From a virus (Duplodnaviria; Caudoviricetes): a DNA stretch of 43,892 nt. The translations under genes were made by a program, and so were the position numbers. Of this stretch, positions 27,601-36,242 are shown piece after piece (position 1 is the stretch's first letter; each line of letters starts with the position of its first letter). A model generated the notes under the pieces. The model was not told the DNA's origin. It made no database searches and saw only the letters and a list, made by a program, of their open reading frames with translations. The DNA lies in the IMG/VR virus record IMGVR_UViG_3300005573_000145, positions 1 through 43,892 of that record. One strand, given 5' to 3'.

Positions 27601-27696
27601 ATCTATTCTAACATCTTTGAATGTAATAGTAGCCATAAGCCCAACTAAAATTATCAGGCTTAATACTCCTATTGTTATCTTTATTGGGTTTTTCAT
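24622..27696 (-). CDS. Large membrane-anchored surface glycoprotein with DUF2341 and Ig-like domains
   Basis: N-terminal TM/signal; WWNSSW...DFDDLRF...WVKIP...IYMYYGN (DUF2341); dense N-x-S/T sequons. Confidence 0.8.
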   Translation of the reverse strand: MKNPIKITIGVLSLIILVGLMATITFKDVRIDVEKTKSIFYINQNGTWIVSGVEYNSLYNGTKSISRGETVVNTYYNESEVKIVRTANYKNSIIRDTYYFKGNINDVMLFPIYHTIEIINGSGLIYQYKVDNLEYTGKNQVNLISPVSFGKRMKIEWDMKNYYSSVTNKNNKGTFILKYKVNSDYEIFNARLFDPILVSSFSEKDVLKVNEFFKSDFNKNYGVIRVIIDDYNTTIAEYSLTKHTEQCLIDCASEGKTILYEKMSLFDSLRFYSKLDNLINLDYYEIYINDTEEYFEEEPIYSTVCQDKIINGTKMNICEQVSKGTQKIIKTKEVWKKYNNELLPAGNYKWKIVAKKKPLDSIDLVPISMSKELNEWAWWNSSWTRKKAINISENSGKNLTNYSVLLNIAYDSDMQSDFDDLRFVNSNEDTELGYWIDNKSDGNYAYVWVKIPTLTANSNTTIYMYYGNNLATSNSNGKNAFLIYDDFNAGSLNTTLWETWYTGANDLSIGFVSGQIEINKTDFFSNGGIKSKPEFNFTSPFFIRAKMYPIRQGIRTVASESGATVYIDNAGIHSEIWDSQRTITQWGNSAYNRTFYYDIANISFNSMYINYYYNYGTTSKLVLNQTLTHTVTNQTNPGNQTFDLRVYTVRWYTEGGVGQNRWDEILLGKYTYPEPTYIFGQEQEQFPPFPSPLNITLYKPENNTLSGESLQEFICNISSVNEISNLTLYIWNSTNLIYTNTTNLTGTSNQSSWLFNFSNYIFNDGNSYNFEWNCYGCDIGLCNWSDENFTISIDPYSPVWNYINPTPANGTILNSSNFTITINTTVAHKKNVTFNLYNMTNLLNSTTITHTSNQESIVFTGLKNATYYYFNVTVCDQLDRCNSTDYLDPINSTRTIFVNREYKYTQPLVNLSCGISLFKFNVTNSSGVFEPIGQNSSCGILNVTNNFTSSLIIFMSINETHPCIVDYANYYRNFADSIMLVPTENRTIISTLNPGESAMIWMWTKYSCAVTKTWRPRISVIGGY

Positions 27697-27697
27697 C

Positions 27698-28225
27698 TTA
27701 TCTTGGCGTGCCTAAATAAAAATCTAAGTCTACTCTTACTCTTGCTCTCCCTTCTCTTGTTTGATTAGAAGGATAATTTATATTGGTATCTAATGAATCA
27801 AAAATCCCTTGAGGTTCTACTTCAAAAGATACATTTTCCAAAAAAGCCTGAACTGTTGAGCTTTTAAATTCAATATTATCTATTTTAAGCAAATCTAATG
27901 CTCCTTTATCACCATCTATATTTCCAGAAACACACATAGCCCTAAGCTTCCAAGCTTTATTCCAAGCAGTTTCATCTTTATCATCTTCTAACCAACCAGA
28001 AATTTTAATAATATCATCGACTCTTTTTAAATCAAGAACTTTGTTTATTGGAATATCATTTTGATTACTATTTTGCCTATTAGGTGATTGAGGATAAGTT
28101 ATTTTTATTGAACTTTTTTTTGTATTTACTGTTATTTTAGTAACTCCTGCTAAAGTTATAGAAGTATCTCCGCTTCCAGTATAAAAATTGCTTGATGGAA
28201 TTTTTTTTGATATAACTACAGCCAT
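27698..28225 (-). CDS. Distal tail (Dit-like) protein
   Basis: Directly after the tape measure gene; beta-rich. Confidence 0.55.
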   Translation of the reverse strand: MAVVISKKIPSSNFYTGSGDTSITLAGVTKITVNTKKSSIKITYPQSPNRQNSNQNDIPINKVLDLKRVDDIIKISGWLEDDKDETAWNKAWKLRAMCVSGNIDGDKGALDLLKIDNIEFKSSTVQAFLENVSFEVEPQGIFDSLDTNINYPSNQTREGRARVRVDLDFYLGTPR

Positions 28226-28254
28226 GTTATTATAGAGATATTAAATTATTTAAA

Positions 28255-30045
28255 TTATGCGGTTCGTGATTCTGTCATTCTCTTGAAATCAGCAACCCAG
28301 TATTTATTTAATTCACTTGCTAATCTTCTAATATCTACATCAGAAGATACAGTAGCATAAACCGTAATATTTGGAGCATAAGCATAATTTGCTGCAGGTT
28401 TTTCTCCAGCAGGTACAACATATTCTCCTCTATGAAGAAGATAAGGAGCAGTTTCTGGAATATAACCTCCTGTTTGACGAGATGGTAATGGTATTTCTTT
28501 AGTTTTGGGGGAAGGAAGTTTCTTTAACAATTCATTTACTGCAACTGCACTTACAGCACCTAATGCAGGATTCCCAGTAAAAACCGAAACTAAAGCTCCT
28601 ATTAAAACTGAAGCTATAAAATGTGCTATCGCTGTAATGTTTTCTACTAAATAATTAATCATTCCTTGAAATATACCTTTAATAATAGCCCATCCAACTT
28701 GAAGTATTAAAGGAGTCAAATTAGTAACAGCTTCTTGTATAAAATTAATAATTTTCTCTACAGCTGGAACTATTTTTGCTTTATTTGCAGGGTCTGTAAA
28801 TGCTCTTAAAAATGCTTCAAGAATTTTAATAGCTAAATCAACAATTTCAGGCAAGAATGTAAGAAAGAAATATACAAGCCATTTAATAATAGTTTCTGCT
28901 ATTTTAATTAAACTATCTTTATTTGCTTCATAAGTAGCATGAAGAGTATCAATAAAAGCAATAACAAAATTATTCAATTCTGCAGAAGTGATAATTTTAG
29001 CCAATCCATCAATCAAAGCTTTTGAAATCTTTTTTGCAATATCTTCTATTAATGGAAGATTTTCTATAAATTTATTAACAAAATTATTTATAAATTCTAC
29101 AGCTTTATCAACTCCTTTATTGATAAAACTAACTAATTTATCAGTAGTTTCTTCTGCACTATCACCTAGACCAAAGACTGCGGCAGTAGCTCCAGCAAGA
29201 ATAGCAACAAAAGGAGCTAAAAGAACTGTTAATGAACCCATACTAATTCCAAGACTACTTAATAAAATAATAATCTGAGATAAAGCACTTAATGCTCCTG
29301 TAATTACTATTCCAAATAAAATAATGTTTCCTATAACTTTTTTAATTGGTTCTGGTAAATCCATAAACCATAAGAACAAATCTATAAGGGTATCTATTAT
29401 CGGCATTAATACTGGAAGCAATATATCAATCAAAGTAGCTTTCCAAACTTCAAAAATTCCACTAACTTCTAACAAAGGAGCAATTAAAGATTTGAGAGCT
29501 CTATTAAGTTGCATAGAAATAAACATAATAGAAAGCCATTGAGGCTTAAAACCAACAACACTTTTATAAAGTTTATAAAAGGCTTTAAATAAAGTAACAG
29601 CAACTTTTGCTACTCCTCCAATCACAATTCCAGCAACTGATAATGCACCTCCAGCTTTAGAGCTAGAAGCTCCTAATGAAGAAAAAGAAAAACCTGATGC
29701 TTCAGTAGCATCAGATATTTCTTCGAATTTAGATGCTAGTGTTGGAGAAATAGAACCAAGTAAAGAAAAAACATTACCTAATTTTGTGCCTGATTTAGAC
29801 TCGTCTTTTTCAACAGAAGATAATTCTGCTTCTGTTAAAGCCAAGTCTCTAACATGCCACTTTTGGCTTCTAAGATTTGCACGTAATTCTTTACTAGTAA
29901 TTCCAATTCGATTTGCAACTTCATCCACTCCTCTATAAACTGTTTGTAAGCTTCTTGCTTGTGAAACTGCACCTTTAATGGTTTCATTTAAGGTTTCAAA
30001 ACCTTCTGCTATTGCAGAAACAATTATTTTTATTTGTTCTTCCAT
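28255..30045 (-). CDS. Tape measure protein
   Basis: IKIIVSA N-terminus, amphipathic repeats, TM-like segments, C-terminal RQTGGYIP...LHRGEYVVP. Confidence 0.88.
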   Translation of the reverse strand: MEEQIKIIVSAIAEGFETLNETIKGAVSQARSLQTVYRGVDEVANRIGITSKELRANLRSQKWHVRDLALTEAELSSVEKDESKSGTKLGNVFSLLGSISPTLASKFEEISDATEASGFSFSSLGASSSKAGGALSVAGIVIGGVAKVAVTLFKAFYKLYKSVVGFKPQWLSIMFISMQLNRALKSLIAPLLEVSGIFEVWKATLIDILLPVLMPIIDTLIDLFLWFMDLPEPIKKVIGNIILFGIVITGALSALSQIIILLSSLGISMGSLTVLLAPFVAILAGATAAVFGLGDSAEETTDKLVSFINKGVDKAVEFINNFVNKFIENLPLIEDIAKKISKALIDGLAKIITSAELNNFVIAFIDTLHATYEANKDSLIKIAETIIKWLVYFFLTFLPEIVDLAIKILEAFLRAFTDPANKAKIVPAVEKIINFIQEAVTNLTPLILQVGWAIIKGIFQGMINYLVENITAIAHFIASVLIGALVSVFTGNPALGAVSAVAVNELLKKLPSPKTKEIPLPSRQTGGYIPETAPYLLHRGEYVVPAGEKPAANYAYAPNITVYATVSSDVDIRRLASELNKYWVADFKRMTESRTA

Positions 30046-30254
30046 TTTTTATTAACTTCTTCTTCTTCTTTTTGCATACATTCAATCAAATCTAAAAAAG
30101 TTGCTATGGGCAAATTTCTAAATTCTTCTAAGGGTATCCATCCATATGCTCTCATAAATGAATGATGAAGCATTATAAGGACTTCCTCATTATCAACTTT
30201 TTTTTGTTTTCCAAATACCCTTTTCTTTAATTCTTCTATCTGGTTGGAACTCAT
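30030..30254 (-). CDS. Tail assembly chaperone, second part (gpT-like)
   Basis: YGWIPLEEFRNLP motif; directly before the tape measure gene. Confidence 0.65.
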   Translation of the reverse strand: MSSNQIEELKKRVFGKQKKVDNEEVLIMLHHSFMRAYGWIPLEEFRNLPIATFLDLIECMQKEEEEVNKKWKNK

Positions 30255-30255
30255 T

Positions 30256-30648
30256 TTATTTTTGCTCCACTTTTACTTGTTGTTGGGCTTTAATCTCTTC
30301 TATTAATTTTTTGTCTTTTTGTCCAATTTGTTGGGCATTCATCTCTATTATCTTTGTAATTAATGGTGCCATATATTTCAGCCCAAATTGTTTCCTTTCT
30401 TCTTCTGGTTCGTCTGGATAGGATTTCTGCAAAACTATATCGATGATTTTGGCTACATATTTTAGCCCATTTTCATCTAGTGAAGACAAGAGTTCTTGCC
30501 CTGTTGCATTTTCTTTTACATTACTAAATGCTTTCAAAGCCATAAAATATAGAGGAAGTTCCTCTACAGTTAAGGGCTTTAGCTCAAACTCTTCGCCGTC
30601 TATTTCTACTTTTGCATTTTCCCCTAGATGTGTTTTAAATTTGCTCAT
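30256..30648 (-). CDS. Tail assembly chaperone (gpG-like)
   Basis: VEIDGEEFELKPLTVEEL motif; position. Confidence 0.7.
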   Translation of the reverse strand: MSKFKTHLGENAKVEIDGEEFELKPLTVEELPLYFMALKAFSNVKENATGQELLSSLDENGLKYVAKIIDIVLQKSYPDEPEEERKQFGLKYMAPLITKIIEMNAQQIGQKDKKLIEEIKAQQQVKVEQK

Positions 30649-30953
30649 TTTATATCTATACCTCCTTTCAATTCATTGCCTGAAAGTGTTTTAATTACTT
30701 TTGTTTCTCCTTTATTTGAATTTTTTACTAAATCTATTAAATAATCAAGTTTCAAATCAAAATTTCCAATAAATTGACACCATAATTTATAATTATCCCA
30801 AAGATATTTTAATGTCATTCCATAATCAGAAGCAAATTCTTCTTCTGCAAATTTAATAAATTCTTCTCTAGTATTTTTAGGAACTCTACTTATAACTAAT
30901 CCATCTGCTTTTATTGATTTTACAATTTCCTTAAATTTTTCTTCTGTTACCAT
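30645..30953 (-). CDS. Hypothetical protein, RHH-like N-terminus
   Basis: LVISRVPKNTREEFIKFAEEEF...YGMTLKYL. Confidence 0.55.
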   Translation of the reverse strand: MVTEEKFKEIVKSIKADGLVISRVPKNTREEFIKFAEEEFASDYGMTLKYLWDNYKLWCQFIGNFDLKLDYLIDLVKNSNKGETKVIKTLSGNELKGGIDIK

Positions 30954-30954
30954 A

Positions 30955-31827
30955 TTATCTTTTAACTAACATTGCCTCCTTTGCATTTGCTGGACCATAA
31001 GCAACCCAAAATTCCATTTTTCTTTTTGTTTTTGAAATAACTGAATTCCATTCAGTATTTTTATGCTTTGCTCGTATATCAGTATCACACCAGAATTCAA
31101 AATGTTTATCATTAGCCTCTGCAAAAAACCAAAGGTCTTCTCCAAAAATAAATGTAGGATGGGTTCTAAATTGAATAGATTCCAAAACTTTTCTTTTAAT
31201 AAGAAGGCATCCAAGATTAACTCCATAAATTTTAATTAAATTAGGATGCCATATGTCATCTATAATAAAAGGTACAAGATTTTTCTCTGATTCTGATAAT
31301 TTATTTTTCCTAAATTTCTTTACAAACTTTTTATATTCATTAATTTCTTTCCAAGTAAAATAGTCTAATCCTTTTCCGAGTATTATTTCTCCTGATTTCA
31401 AAAGACAAGGCTTTGTTCTTGGTTTATAAAAAATATGAACATAGAATCCAACACAATCTTTATTTGCTGAAAGTAGTTTTTCTATTCCGTATTTTGGAAT
31501 AAAAATATCATCATCTAAAAAGAATAGATAATCATAATTATTTTCAATAAAGTATTTTCTAATCATTTCTCTTGCATTCGCTAGCATTTGTAAAGGATGC
31601 AATTCATCAGGATTCCAATTATATCTCATAGTTATTATATTTTTTCCTTTAACTTTTATTTCTTTTATTCTATTGTAATAATTTTCTTTGTCTAATGTAG
31701 TATCAACTAATAAAACATCAAAATTGGGATAGTTCAAACTATCCAAATGGGCTATCCATTCGTCTAAAAGATGCCCATGTCTTTCACTTACAGGTGCTGC
31801 GATTAATACATTAGGTAGTTCTACCAT
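30955..31827 (-). CDS. GT-A fold glycosyltransferase (GT2-like)
   Basis: VLIAAP, LLVD, YDYLFFLDDD, GCLLIKRKV, GEDLWF. Confidence 0.85.
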   Translation of the reverse strand: MVELPNVLIAAPVSERHGHLLDEWIAHLDSLNYPNFDVLLVDTTLDKENYYNRIKEIKVKGKNIITMRYNWNPDELHPLQMLANAREMIRKYFIENNYDYLFFLDDDIFIPKYGIEKLLSANKDCVGFYVHIFYKPRTKPCLLKSGEIILGKGLDYFTWKEINEYKKFVKKFRKNKLSESEKNLVPFIIDDIWHPNLIKIYGVNLGCLLIKRKVLESIQFRTHPTFIFGEDLWFFAEANDKHFEFWCDTDIRAKHKNTEWNSVISKTKRKMEFWVAYGPANAKEAMLVKR

Positions 31828-32414
31828 TTAACTGTGTTCGTATAGCTGGCAAGAGCAGTTAATGTGGCTGTAGCAGTTCCTGCTACAGATTCTATCTTAA
31901 TATTTGGGTTTCCATTTTTATCAAATGGAGGCACTTTGTATTTCACCGTAAATTTCAATACTCCATCTGTAAAAGATGGTTTTACCGAAATAAAATAACC
32001 GTCTGCAGCTACGAACCTAAGTGCTTGATGAGTTGGAGCTACTATTTGGTCTTCAGCATTTGCTGTAGTATCAGTAGTCCAAAGTATAGCAATTCTGTAC
32101 TTATTATGTTGTGTATCTATTGGAATAACTAGAGGCTGGCTTGTATCTGCAGTGTTCATAAGGTCAAAAAAACCTTTTCCTGTTGTTCCACTGTCTGTTC
32201 CAGCTTCTAATGGATATGCTTCTAATGTAACTGTAGTTGGCTCTTGTGGATTAAACTTTATTAGCTTTCCACAAAGGGTATTAATCATATCGAAGTCTTT
32301 ATCTCCGATATCTATGTCTACGGTTTCTGTTATTGCACAAAATTGCACATCTGGACCACCTTGAGCAGCAATAGCTACTTTAGCTGTTTCGCTCCAAAGG
32401 TCTGGTGCTGACAT
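31821..32414 (-). CDS. Major tail tube protein
   Basis: Size, beta-rich composition, position between neck and chaperone genes. Confidence 0.7.
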   Translation of the reverse strand: MSAPDLWSETAKVAIAAQGGPDVQFCAITETVDIDIGDKDFDMINTLCGKLIKFNPQEPTTVTLEAYPLEAGTDSGTTGKGFFDLMNTADTSQPLVIPIDTQHNKYRIAILWTTDTTANAEDQIVAPTHQALRFVAADGYFISVKPSFTDGVLKFTVKYKVPPFDKNGNPNIKIESVAGTATATLTALASYTNTVKW

Positions 32415-32592
32415 TTTTTATTTTTTTCTTCCTCCTTTCAGTTTTTTTCTCTTCCAGCTCTTCATTTATCTTTTCAACATTAAATCTATCTGAATTAGGA
32501 AATTCTTCTAATATTTTAGTTTCTTGAGGTTTAAAAATAATTCCTTTATATTTAACTTCTATTTCAAGTTTATTAGTAACTTTATATTTCAT
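32380..32592 (-). CDS. Small beta-protein paralog D
   Basis: MKYKVTNKLEIEVKYKGIIFKPQETKIL...RFNVEKI. Confidence 0.65.
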   Translation of the reverse strand: MKYKVTNKLEIEVKYKGIIFKPQETKILEEFPNSDRFNVEKINEELEEKKTERRKKKIKNVSTRPLERNS

Positions 32593-32593
32593 T

Positions 32594-33043
32594 TTATTTT
32601 ACACCTTTCTTTACTGCTTTTGATAATAAGTTTGGTAAATTTGATAAATTTACTTCTAATGCTGGAATTAAAAAAGGTTTATATTGTTTTACCAAAAAGT
32701 ATTTCCTCGTTCCTGTATATCCTTTTGCACTAAGCCAATCTGAAAATCTGTAACCACTTCTAGAATACTGGTCTTTGTGTATCCAGTGAGGTCTAAATCC
32801 TTCTTCTTGATAAATAGCATAAGGAGAATTAAGTTTTATTATAACTTCTTTTTCGTTTCTTTTTATTATTATACTTTCAGCAAGCTGTCCTGACGCTTTT
32901 GGGGCTCTCAATTTTGCAGATTTTTGTACCATAGAAGCAAATTCATAACTTACTTGATTGATTTCTCTAAGCAATTTTTTAGGAAGATTAATTATATAGT
33001 TTTGAGTTTCTTCTGAGCCTTGAATACTAACTTTAATTACCAT
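32594..33043 (-). CDS. HK97 gp10-like neck protein
   Basis: AKLRAPKASGQLAESI, YAIYQEEG, KPFLIPA. Confidence 0.85.
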   Translation of the reverse strand: MVIKVSIQGSEETQNYIINLPKKLLREINQVSYEFASMVQKSAKLRAPKASGQLAESIIIKRNEKEVIIKLNSPYAIYQEEGFRPHWIHKDQYSRSGYRFSDWLSAKGYTGTRKYFLVKQYKPFLIPALEVNLSNLPNLLSKAVKKGVK

Positions 33044-34491
33044 GTTTCAGTTTTTTTAATTACATATTTAAATGTATAAGTTAAAGATTTAAGATGAACT
33101 TTAATATCTCCTCTTGTTACTTCATCTTTTGAAGTTCCATCTAATCTGACAAACATAAATCCAGCACTTCTTAAATCATCTCTGTTATTTTCAATAACAT
33201 AATTAATTAAATCAGCAAATTTATCTGCTGCTTCTGCTTTAGTTGTATAAGTATCTATGGTAATGCTTCCATTTACCCAGAACTTCTTAATAGTTAATGT
33301 TTGCCAGTTTATATCTGGAGAATTTATAACAATAATAGGATAATCCTCTTTCTTGTCTAAAGATTTGTCAGGGAATGCTCCAGTATATGTTTTAATAGTT
33401 ACTGATGTCGAATCACTTAAAACTATGCTTTTTACATTTTCTTTTATCAAATCATAAAATGTTTCAAATGCATAAGAAATTATTCCAGCAGCTTCATAAA
33501 TCAACCAGTCACTTCCACTCTCATTAACCTGCCAAGCCAAGAATGGCAAGCCATCATTTAAGTTATATTCAGATGTTGTTGCTATGTCCCAAGTTGAATA
33601 AACAAGATTGCTTTTATCTTTATAAGTATCAATACTATTCTCATCATAACCCCAGTCTAATTCGGATAAGGTTGATTTAGACTCGCCTCCGTAATATCCA
33701 ACAGCATAAGTTGAAGTTGTAGTTAGCCAAGAGCAGTTTGTTATTGTTCCACCAGTGCAAGAACCTATAAATCCACCAATATAATTACCACTTCCAGAAA
33801 CGCTTCCTGTATTATAAGAATTAGAAATATTACTACCATTATACCCTGCAATACCCCCAACAGCATTAGTTCCAATAATATTTCCTGTATTGTAAGAGTT
33901 AGAAATAGAACCACTATTATACCCTGCAATACCTCCAATATAATTATTATTTCCAGAAACATTTCCTGTATTATAAGAATTAGAAGTAGAACCATAATTG
34001 TATCCTGCAATACCTCCAACAATATCATTTCCATTTATAGTTCCCGTATTGTAGGAGTAAGAAATAGAACCTTCGTAACTGTATCCTACAGTACCTCCAA
34101 TATAATTACCACCTCCAGAAATACTTCCAGAAACAGAAACATTTGAAATCATTCCATTTGCTAAATAACCTACTATTCCTCCAACACCATTTTGACCTGT
34201 TATATCAGCATTTTCTAATTTTAAATTAGAAATATTACCTCCATCAATATAACAAAATAAACCAACACCATCTGTTGAAGGAAGATTTACCTTTAGCCCC
34301 TCTATTTTATAACCATTTCCATCAAAAGAGCCTGTAAATCCACTAACTAAGGCGCCTATAGGCTGCCAATCATCTCCAATTCCTGAATAATCACTATCTG
34401 TTGTCAGTAAATTTCTAGTTAAAACATAGTCTCCACTTAAACCATATCTAATTGCATTAAGTTCAGTCCAGCTACTTATTTCAACTGCCAT
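33037..34491 (-). CDS. GLUG-repeat adhesin domain fused to a tail terminator-like domain
   Basis: FTGSFDGNGYKI, repeated IGGIAGYN...ISNSYNTG; C-terminal YPIIVI...ITIDTYT...LTYTFKY. Confidence 0.75.
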   Translation of the reverse strand: MAVEISSWTELNAIRYGLSGDYVLTRNLLTTDSDYSGIGDDWQPIGALVSGFTGSFDGNGYKIEGLKVNLPSTDGVGLFCYIDGGNISNLKLENADITGQNGVGGIVGYLANGMISNVSVSGSISGGGNYIGGTVGYSYEGSISYSYNTGTINGNDIVGGIAGYNYGSTSNSYNTGNVSGNNNYIGGIAGYNSGSISNSYNTGNIIGTNAVGGIAGYNGSNISNSYNTGSVSGSGNYIGGFIGSCTGGTITNCSWLTTTSTYAVGYYGGESKSTLSELDWGYDENSIDTYKDKSNLVYSTWDIATTSEYNLNDGLPFLAWQVNESGSDWLIYEAAGIISYAFETFYDLIKENVKSIVLSDSTSVTIKTYTGAFPDKSLDKKEDYPIIVINSPDINWQTLTIKKFWVNGSITIDTYTTKAEAADKFADLINYVIENNRDDLRSAGFMFVRLDGTSKDEVTRGDIKVHLKSLTYTFKYVIKKTETW

Positions 34492-34783
34492 TAGTTATTG
34501 ATTTTAATTTATTTAATTCTTCTATTGCTTTATTTACTTTGTTTAATTCATTATCTATAAAATCATTAGGATTATCTTCTAATAATTTTTTTTCATTCAG
34601 TAAATACTCTTTAATAGTTTGGTTCTTTGGATTAGAAGGTTTTCTATCTGGTAATTTTTTTATTACTTCAATTAAAGAATTCAATTTTTCTTGTATTATC
34701 TCAGAGCGATTATTAAGAATTCTATTTTTGTATTTATTTAAATCTTCTTTTACCTTTATTTTTTCAACTATATCTGTTTTCAT
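34481..34783 (-). CDS. Hypothetical helical protein
   Basis: First ORF after an internal promoter. Confidence 0.6.
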   Translation of the reverse strand: MKTDIVEKIKVKEDLNKYKNRILNNRSEIIQEKLNSLIEVIKKLPDRKPSNPKNQTIKEYLLNEKKLLEDNPNDFIDNELNKVNKAIEELNKLKSITNGS

Positions 34784-34787
34784 TTTT

Positions 34788-34824
34788 ATTCCACAGGAAT
34801 TTTGTTTTTGATTTCCACAGGAAA
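34788..34824. promoter_or_regulatory. Two 13-bp palindromes WTTCC-ACA-GGAAW (candidate operators or RNA hairpins)
   Basis: ATTCCACAGGAAT at 34788-34800 and TTTCCACAGGAAA at 34812-34824, between promoter and ATG. Confidence 0.55.
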
Positions 34825-34848
34825 CCTTATTTTTATATAGTTATTCAA

Positions 34849-34864
34849 ATATATAAATCTTTCT
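34849..34864 (-). promoter_or_regulatory. BRE-TATA promoter inside the late region
   Basis: AGAAAGATTTATATAT. Confidence 0.7.
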
Positions 34865-35223
34865 TAAATCTTTTTAGTGCGTGCTTCAATAATAAATACT
34901 GTTCCAGCTACTTCATGCTCGATTGTTTCTATGATTTCATACCATTTTCCTGAATGTTGTATTCTATTTCCTCTATTAATATTTGTTTCATTTCCTTTGA
35001 ACCAAAATATTTTATCCCCTGATTTAAAAATTCCTTCTTTTACAATTTCGTCTTCTTGCCTGAGAATCTGAACAAATGCAGTTTTAGTTTCATCAGAAGT
35101 AGTTTCTGTAGCATCCCCCCATTTTGAATATTCTGTATTAGTTACAACTCTAACAGTTGTCTGAGTTCCATAATAATTTATTTCATTCGTTACATGCTGA
35201 ACATCCAAATTTCTTTCTGCCAT
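34864..35223 (-). CDS. Head closure (stopper) protein
   Basis: YSKWGD...RGNRI...GKWYEI pattern; follows the adaptor. Confidence 0.75.
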   Translation of the reverse strand: MAERNLDVQHVTNEINYYGTQTTVRVVTNTEYSKWGDATETTSDETKTAFVQILRQEDEIVKEGIFKSGDKIFWFKGNETNINRGNRIQHSGKWYEIIETIEHEVAGTVFIIEARTKKI

Positions 35224-35226
35224 TTT

Positions 35227-35472
35227 TTAACCTAATACTATTGTTAAAAGTATTCCAACTAGTGTAACTAAAAATGTAATCAAAATACTAGCCCATAAAG
35301 GAAGTCTATTTGATAAATGATTATAAGATTTATCAAGTTTTTCATTTAAATAATCAAGACTGCTTTTTATCTCTCTTATATTTTTTGTTAAATCAATTAC
35401 CATTTGCCTTGTAACTTGTCCATAAGCACATCCTTCAGATTTCATTTTCTTGTGTATCAGGCATCCTTTCAT
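35227..35472 (-). CDS. Coiled-coil protein with C-terminal TM helix
   Basis: Heptad region then LPLWASILITFLVTLVGILL; start uncertain. Confidence 0.6.
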   Translation of the reverse strand: MKGCLIHKKMKSEGCAYGQVTRQMVIDLTKNIREIKSSLDYLNEKLDKSYNHLSNRLPLWASILITFLVTLVGILLTIVLG

Positions 35473-36073
35473 TTATTTTTTCCATAATTTTAAGGAATCT
35501 ATCATAATAATGGTCAAAGCTTTCCATATGTCTATATATTTTAGTATTTCCAAATGCTACTTGAGGAGCTCTTCCTATATTAATTTTAGCATAACAATAA
35601 GCAGCAGACAATAAAGTAGTAGCAAGAGTAATAAGAGGAGCAGGAGTAGATGGATTTAAGTAACACCAAGAATAAGTAACATAAAGAGTATAGTTTGAAG
35701 AATAAGCATTTTCTAAAACAAATTTTCCAGAAGCAGAATCAACAGAACTGACTGTTGCAATAGTTTCATTTCCAGTTCCACTTTCAACAGCATAAACTAT
35801 TATATCAGAAGCATCAACACTTCCATCATTATCCATATCAGCAATATATTTATCTTTCCAATTTTTTATATAATAAGTTTTATTTGAGCCATCTATAGTA
35901 TTTTTTCTTGTATTATCTATATAATCAATTTTTTCTCTAATTACTAGAACATTCATCATAGAATTAACTTCTTTGGTAGCTTCTGCTATAATATTATTTA
36001 CATCTGTATCTGAAATATCATCTGTTGTTAGGTTTGTAAGTAATCTAACTGCACTAGCTGAAGTATATGCCAT
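35435..36073 (-). CDS. Head-tail adaptor protein
   Basis: MAYTSASAVR...ISDTDVNNIIAEATKEVN...ITLATTLLSAAY. Confidence 0.8.
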   Translation of the reverse strand: MAYTSASAVRLLTNLTTDDISDTDVNNIIAEATKEVNSMMNVLVIREKIDYIDNTRKNTIDGSNKTYYIKNWKDKYIADMDNDGSVDASDIIVYAVESGTGNETIATVSSVDSASGKFVLENAYSSNYTLYVTYSWCYLNPSTPAPLITLATTLLSAAYCYAKINIGRAPQVAFGNTKIYRHMESFDHYYDRFLKIMEKINERMPDTQENEI

Positions 36074-36226
36074 TTACTTCTTTTTAGTTTTTGATTTTTG
36101 TTTAACAGAAGAAGTAACTTTTTTAGTTTTTTTCCCTTGTATCTCTAAAAGAATTTTTTGAGCTTCTTCAAGCTTTCCAGCTCTAACTAAGTCTTTGTAT
36201 TTTGTTTTCAGTTCTGACTTATTCAT
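36074..36226 (-). CDS. Small basic protein, 50 aa (not in ORF track)
   Basis: MNKSELKTKYKDLVRAGKLEEAQKILLEIQGKK...; abuts the adaptor start. Confidence 0.6.
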   Translation of the reverse strand: MNKSELKTKYKDLVRAGKLEEAQKILLEIQGKKTKKVTSSVKQKSKTKKK

Positions 36227-36242
36227 TTTATTTTATCCTTGT

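Noticed and set aside
30030-30300. Canonical -1 frameshift between the tail chaperones
   Set aside because: The second ORF is in the +1 frame, has its own ATG, and no in-frame X XXY YYZ heptamer was seen
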